Shown one piece after another: positions 59,909-64,000 of a DNA stretch of 64,000 nt; position 1 is the first letter of the stretch, and each line of letters opens with the position of its first letter. Origin of the DNA: Candidatus Eiseniibacteriota bacterium (GTDB lineage Bacteria > Eisenbacteria > RBG-16-71-46); contig JADJLL010000007.1 of assembly GCA_016710095.1 (NCBI GenBank), positions 41,122-105,121 on the forward strand, in the 5' to 3' direction. The position numbers were made by a program, and so were the translations under genes. The notes beneath the pieces were generated by a model, which did not search any database, was not told the DNA's origin, and saw only the letters and a list, made by a program, of their open reading frames with translations.

Positions 59909-60106
59909 GGTCGGGTCTCCGTAGGCAGATCCATCCGCGTCACGGTGGAAGAAAGCTGATGCAAGCTAGCCCGGTCGGCATGCAACTCGCAATGCAGGCT
60001 TTCGTCAACTTGCAACGCGGCGAACGTCTCTTTCGAGTGCCCGCAACGACATCCGGCGGAGACAGGCAAGTCATCGGCAAGGCACATGCCACAACTGAAG
60101 CCTCCG

Positions 60107-60135
60107 TTGACACTTGCGAAGGGCTTGGATAGCTT
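60107..60135 (+). promoter_or_regulatory. candidate sigma-70 promoter for the PEGA-domain gene
   Basis: TTGACA - 17 nt - TAGCTT, ~60 nt upstream of the ATG at 60199. Embedded in a region with repeated CTTGCRA half-sites. Confidence 0.3.
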
Positions 60136-60198
60136 GCGACCTCATCTCGCGAACCATGGCCAGCTTCTGTCGGCCAATGATGGGGAGGGAGCCCCTCG

Positions 60199-63100
60199 AT
60201 GACCCCGGTGAACCTCGTCGCCCCCAGGTGGGCGGTTTCCGGCCGTACCCACGGCGAAGTCCTGACCGCTGGCGTCTCCACGTCCGGTCTGGAGATCGTT
60301 CTTCTGGGTGTGCCGCAGGGCTTCACCCCGGCGGAGGTCGAGGGTTGGCTGCACGATCTTTCCGGTGTGGCGGTCGAAACGTCCCGGACGGACACCCGCG
60401 AGCGACCCATTCCCGCGGTGCTCCACCACGCCCTGACCGGCCTGCTGTTCTCGCAGGCGGAACTCTGGGGCCGCGCTGCCGCGAGCCCGTGCTCGGCCGC
60501 CTTCGTGGACGGCCCCGAAGGCGTCGCGTTCGGCTGGGTGGGAGATGGCGTCGTCACCGTCCTCGTCGAGGGTATTCCGACCGAGCCCCGCTGGGTGCTC
60601 GTGCGCGACGAGAACGGCAACGAGGCTCACGCGACCGTGTTCGCACCCGGGCAGCACGTGGTGGTGACGCTGGACTACTGGCCGCACGGTGAAGACGGCT
60701 CGCAGGCGCCGGCCTCGATCGAGGCGGTGTGCGCGCCCGAGGCCGTGGCCGGCGAATCGTACGTGCCCGCGCTCGACGCCGCCGTCGAAGCCGAGCAGGC
60801 CGCCGCACTCGCGGCGTTCACGGAAGTCGAGCCCGAGGCGATCCTGCCTCCGGTCGTCGAAGCCGCCGCGCCCGAAGTGCCGTCGCCGGTGCAGCAGCCC
60901 GTCGCCGAACTGCCCGTGCATCTCGTGCAGCAGGACCGGCCGGGTCTTCGCGCACCGATCGAATCCCAGGAAGTCACCGAGACGCTCACGCACGACGAAG
61001 TGCTCGAGGCCGCCGCGATGCAGGTGATGGCCGAAGCCGAGCATGCGAGCACGATCGAAACGCCCGTCGTCGCCGAGGCGCCGCACGCGCTCGAGAGCAC
61101 GCCGGCTTCGACCGACGCGACGGAAGAGACGTCCGCGCCGATCGTCGCGCAGGAGCCGCAGGTCGAAGAGGCCGCCGAGCCCGAGGCTCCGCGCGGCGCG
61201 CATCCCGTCGGACGCTGGCTTTCGCGCATGCTCGGATTCGGCCGGACCGCCGCGCCCTCGCATCGCGCGCCCGCGGCCGAGGATTCCGAGGCGACGCCGC
61301 TCTCGACGTACGACTCGATCCTCTCGGACGCCGTGCCCGCCTTGGAAGAGCCGGAGCAGACCCACCTCGAGCTTTCGCACGACGTCGTCGAACTGCCGTC
61401 CGTCGCGCACCTGCCGCTCGTCGATCCGTCGACGCTCCAGGGCTCGAGCGAGACCTACGGCTACGACGCCGGCGACGAAGCGCTGCAGCACTTCGAAGCG
61501 CATGCGCCGCAGGCTGAGCCATCGGTCGCGACGCCGCAGCCGTCGCAGGCGCCGCAGGCGCTCCTCTCCGAAGTCCACGTGATCGAGTACACCGAAGCCG
61601 AGCCGGTCGCGTTCGTCGCGCCGGTCGAAGACGTGCAGCCCGCGCCCGTGGAAGTGGCGCCGGAAATCGCCGTCGCTCCGTCCGTCGAACCCGCCGCGCC
61701 CGTGTCGCCGACGTCGTTCGGGCTCGCGCCCGCGGGGCTCGCCGACGTGCTCGGCGCCGCGTTCGCCCTGCCCGCGCCGGAGCCGGAGCCCGAACCCGAG
61801 CCGCTCGAGCCGACGTTCACGAACGACGACCTGCTGCGCGCGCTGTCCGAGTCGCCGCTCGCTTCGCGCATCACGCGCGCGGAAGTGCGCGAGGACGCGC
61901 CTGCGGAGCCGTCCGCCGAACTCGCGATCGATCGCGAGCCCGTCGGCGCCGCGCCGGACTTCGCGATCGCGCCGCTGCCCGGCACGACGCCGCATGTCGT
62001 CACGCCGACGCCGCTGCCGAGTGCGCCGCCCGTGATGCACGTCGAGCTGAAGCCGTACACGCCTTCGACGGAAGAGGCCGCCGAACTGCCGCAGCCGCCG
62101 ATGCTGCGCACGCCCGAGGCGCCGCCCGTGCTGCACGTGCACGTGCCCGCCGCGGCCGCGCCGCCGATGTTGCAGCTGTCGCGCCCCGGCGATGCGCCGA
62201 CCGCGCCGCCCGTGCTGCGCGTCGAGCCGCAGCCGGTCCCGCCTTCGGTCATCGTTCCCACGCCTCCGGTTTCGCCCGTCGCACCGGCCGCCGCGTACGC
62301 GCCCGTCGCGAACGCGGAGCCCGCCGCGCCTGTGGCCGAGGCGTCCGAGACGCTCGAAGCGCCCGCGGCGCCGCCGCGCATCCAGTGGCCGCAGTTCGAA
62401 GACCGCGCGCTCGAGTCGCGCCCGTGGTATCGCCGCCGCCCCGTGCTCGCCGCCATCGTCGTCGCGCTGTTCGGCGCGGGCTGGCTGCTCGGCACGCTCG
62501 CCACGCCGCACGGCGACGAACCCGGTCCGTTCTCGCGTGCGCTGCGCGCGGTCGGCCTCGGTGGAGCGCGCTTCGACGTGAGCGTCGACAGCTCGCCTCC
62601 CGGCGCGTGGATCGCGGTGGACGGCAAGGACGTCGCCAAGCGTACGCCGGCGAAGCTCGAACTCAAGCCCGGCAAGCACGAGCTCACGCTCACGCTGCCC
62701 GATCTCGGCTCGGCGAAGTTCCCGGTGCAGGGTGAGAACGGCGCGAAGGTGACGCTTTCGCCGACGCTCGCCGGCGCGCTCGAAGTCGTGCCCGCCGATC
62801 CCAACGTGCCGATCACCGTCGGCCTCGACGGCCGCTCGCAGGGCTACGCGCCGATCACGATCGAGAAGCTCGCGCCGGGGCTGCACGAGGTGCAGTTCAG
62901 CGGACCGGGCATGGCGCCGTGGGCGCAGAACATCCAGGTCGGCGTCGGCAAGACCGTGCAGCTGGTCGCGCGGCCGATGAGCGCGCCGGGCACCGGCGTG
63001 CTGCAGGTCCAGGCGACGATCAACGACGACGAGGGCGCTTCGCCGCTTTCCGGCGCGCAGGTGTTCGTGGACGGCGCTTCGCGTGGCGTGACGCCGGTGT

Positions 63101-63582
63101 CGCTCGAACTGCCGCGCGGACCGCACAGCGTGAAGGTCGTCTATCGCAACGAGATCGCCGCGATCCAGGTGATCGACCTGCCGGGCGGCAACCAGCGCTT
63201 CGCGTCGTTCGACTTCGGCCTCGCGACGCCGGCGCCGCAGGTGAGCATCGTCGGCACGTCGCGCGTGATGTCGGCGACGCAGACGAACATGGTCTCGGCC
63301 GCGTTCTCGGGGCTCGGCTCGCGCGACCTGCGCGAGGCGTGGCTGCACGTGCGCTCCGCCGAAGGGCTGTGGCGGCGCTACCCGATGACGCCGGTGACGA
63401 GCCCGGGCGTGACGATGATGGCCGCCGTGTTCCCGCAGGGTGTGTACGACGCGACCGGCCGCACGATCTGGTACGTGAGCGCGACCGCGGTGCAGGGTGA
63501 CGAGTACTTCTCGGAGATGCAGCCCGCGTGGCAGCAGGGCGCGAAGGGCGCTCCGGCCGGCGCGACGCGCGCGACGCCTTAG
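60199..63582 (+). CDS. 1127-aa bitopic protein: N-terminal cytoplasmic domain + ~550-aa Pro/Ala/Glu-rich linker + TM + three C-terminal PEGA domains
   Basis: GGGAGGGAG RBS. TM WYRRRPVLAAIVVALFGAGWLLGTLA at ~aa 745. PEGA-type repeats (…PPGAWIAVDGKDVAKRTPAKLELKPGKHELTLT…, …VPITVGLDGRSQGYAPITIEKLAPGLHEVQFS…, …AQVFVDGASRGVTPVSLELPRGPHSVKVV…). Confidence 0.75.
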   Translation: MTPVNLVAPRWAVSGRTHGEVLTAGVSTSGLEIVLLGVPQGFTPAEVEGWLHDLSGVAVETSRTDTRERPIPAVLHHALTGLLFSQAELWGRAAASPCSAAFVDGPEGVAFGWVGDGVVTVLVEGIPTEPRWVLVRDENGNEAHATVFAPGQHVVVTLDYWPHGEDGSQAPASIEAVCAPEAVAGESYVPALDAAVEAEQAAALAAFTEVEPEAILPPVVEAAAPEVPSPVQQPVAELPVHLVQQDRPGLRAPIESQEVTETLTHDEVLEAAAMQVMAEAEHASTIETPVVAEAPHALESTPASTDATEETSAPIVAQEPQVEEAAEPEAPRGAHPVGRWLSRMLGFGRTAAPSHRAPAAEDSEATPLSTYDSILSDAVPALEEPEQTHLELSHDVVELPSVAHLPLVDPSTLQGSSETYGYDAGDEALQHFEAHAPQAEPSVATPQPSQAPQALLSEVHVIEYTEAEPVAFVAPVEDVQPAPVEVAPEIAVAPSVEPAAPVSPTSFGLAPAGLADVLGAAFALPAPEPEPEPEPLEPTFTNDDLLRALSESPLASRITRAEVREDAPAEPSAELAIDREPVGAAPDFAIAPLPGTTPHVVTPTPLPSAPPVMHVELKPYTPSTEEAAELPQPPMLRTPEAPPVLHVHVPAAAAPPMLQLSRPGDAPTAPPVLRVEPQPVPPSVIVPTPPVSPVAPAAAYAPVANAEPAAPVAEASETLEAPAAPPRIQWPQFEDRALESRPWYRRRPVLAAIVVALFGAGWLLGTLATPHGDEPGPFSRALRAVGLGGARFDVSVDSSPPGAWIAVDGKDVAKRTPAKLELKPGKHELTLTLPDLGSAKFPVQGENGAKVTLSPTLAGALEVVPADPNVPITVGLDGRSQGYAPITIEKLAPGLHEVQFSGPGMAPWAQNIQVGVGKTVQLVARPMSAPGTGVLQVQATINDDEGASPLSGAQVFVDGASRGVTPVSLELPRGPHSVKVVYRNEIAAIQVIDLPGGNQRFASFDFGLATPAPQVSIVGTSRVMSATQTNMVSAAFSGLGSRDLREAWLHVRSAEGLWRRYPMTPVTSPGVTMMAAVFPQGVYDATGRTIWYVSATAVQGDEYFSEMQPAWQQGAKGAPAGATRATP

Positions 63583-63601
63583 CGAGGCGCATACGAAGTG
63601 T

Positions 63602-63641
63602 GCGGCCCCGTCCATTCCGTGGACGGGGCCGCTTCGTTTCG
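63602..63641 (+). terminator. rho-independent terminator after the PEGA-domain gene
   Basis: 12-bp stem GCGGCCCCGTCC-ATTCCGT-GGACGGGGCCGC followed by TTCGTTTCG. Confidence 0.5.
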
Positions 63642-63708
63642 CGCGGCGCAAGTCGCGTGCATGCCGCGCGGCGGGCGTGGCACGCGCGCTGCGTGAGCGG
63701 CGTGCATG

Positions 63709-64000
63709 AGCGCAAGACACGCGGTCGCATTCCTCGTGGCGTTCGCACTCGGGCTCGCGATCGGCGCGCACGGCGCCGGGGCGCGCACGGCGCGGATGGG
63801 GCACACGGCGCGCACGGGGCACACGGCGCCGGAGGCGCCGTCCTGTGGATATTGTCGTGCGCGTGCGTCACGGGCGTGCTCGCGGCGTTCGCGCGGCCGC
63901 GCACCGGAGCGGCGCTCGCGCTGCTGTGCGCGTGCGCGGTGGGCGCGGCACGCGGTGGCGCGCACGCGGCGCGCTTCGCCACGACGGTCGCCGCCACGCC
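63709..64000 (+). CDS. 5' fragment of a polytopic membrane protein (ComEC-N-terminal-like?), runs off window; possibly frameshifted
   Basis: MSARHAVAFLVAFALGLAIGAHGAG… then hydrophobic helices in the +1 frame (…ILSCACVTGVLAAFA…, …AALALLCACAVGAA…). Too short to classify. Confidence 0.25.

Overview
High-GC (~70%) bacterial chromosomal segment. The lineage is unresolved; T9SS-type CTD, PEGA domains and a FadL/PorV-like OMP hint at a Gemmatimonadota/FCB-like or deltaproteobacterial-like organism. It reads as core energy-metabolism and housekeeping DNA rather than a mobile island. I found no transposase, integrase, phage genes or CRISPR.

Main content:
(1) A minus-strand operon apbE-rnfCDGEAB-korAB (Rnf ferredoxin:NAD+ oxidoreductase with its flavin transferase, fused to a 2-oxoglutarate:ferredoxin oxidoreductase). 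It is divergent from a plus-strand ferredoxin-porGD-porA-porB 2-oxoacid:ferredoxin oxidoreductase operon.
(2) A 7-gene plus-strand operon from 25.1 to 31.2 kb. It encodes a hexaheme cytochrome c, a NrfC/HybA-like 4x[4Fe-4S] protein and a NrfD-like membrane subunit. These are translationally coupled to a heme-c-sensing histidine kinase with a Cys-rich insertion in its ATPase domain, a CheY-like regulator, and a receiver fused to a glycine-cleavage-H-like domain. This is the most unusual system in the window.
(3) An orphan c-di-GMP-binding (MshEN-like) GspE/PilB-family ATPase beside CstA and a GAF-GAF-PP2C phosphatase.
(4) Housekeeping genes: trpS, scpA, scpB with a ~200-aa poly-acidic tail, rluB with a ~280-aa Arg/Gly-rich repeat tail, two tandem glgC paralogs, mltD, pepF, and an S9 peptidase.
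(5) Envelope and secreted proteins: a 2.6-kb T9SS-CTD surface protein, a FadL/PorV-like OMP, a PEGA-domain giant protein, and two secreted proteins sharing a C-terminal TTTWGxLKTxxR motif that flank tRNA-Leu.
(6) tRNA-Leu(CAA) and tRNA-Ala(GGC).

Caveats:
- At least six conserved genes (S9 peptidase, rnfB, rnfA, cstA, glgC-1, a beta-helix protein) carry apparent 1-nt frameshifts.
- A 1.8-kb poly-G-rich low-complexity block (38.1-39.9 kb) and a similar stretch at 1-150 look like assembly artefacts.
- The assembly is therefore probably indel-prone, so coordinates of disrupted genes are approximate.
- Start codons were chosen by RBS, overlap and homology reasoning and are +/- a few codons in places.
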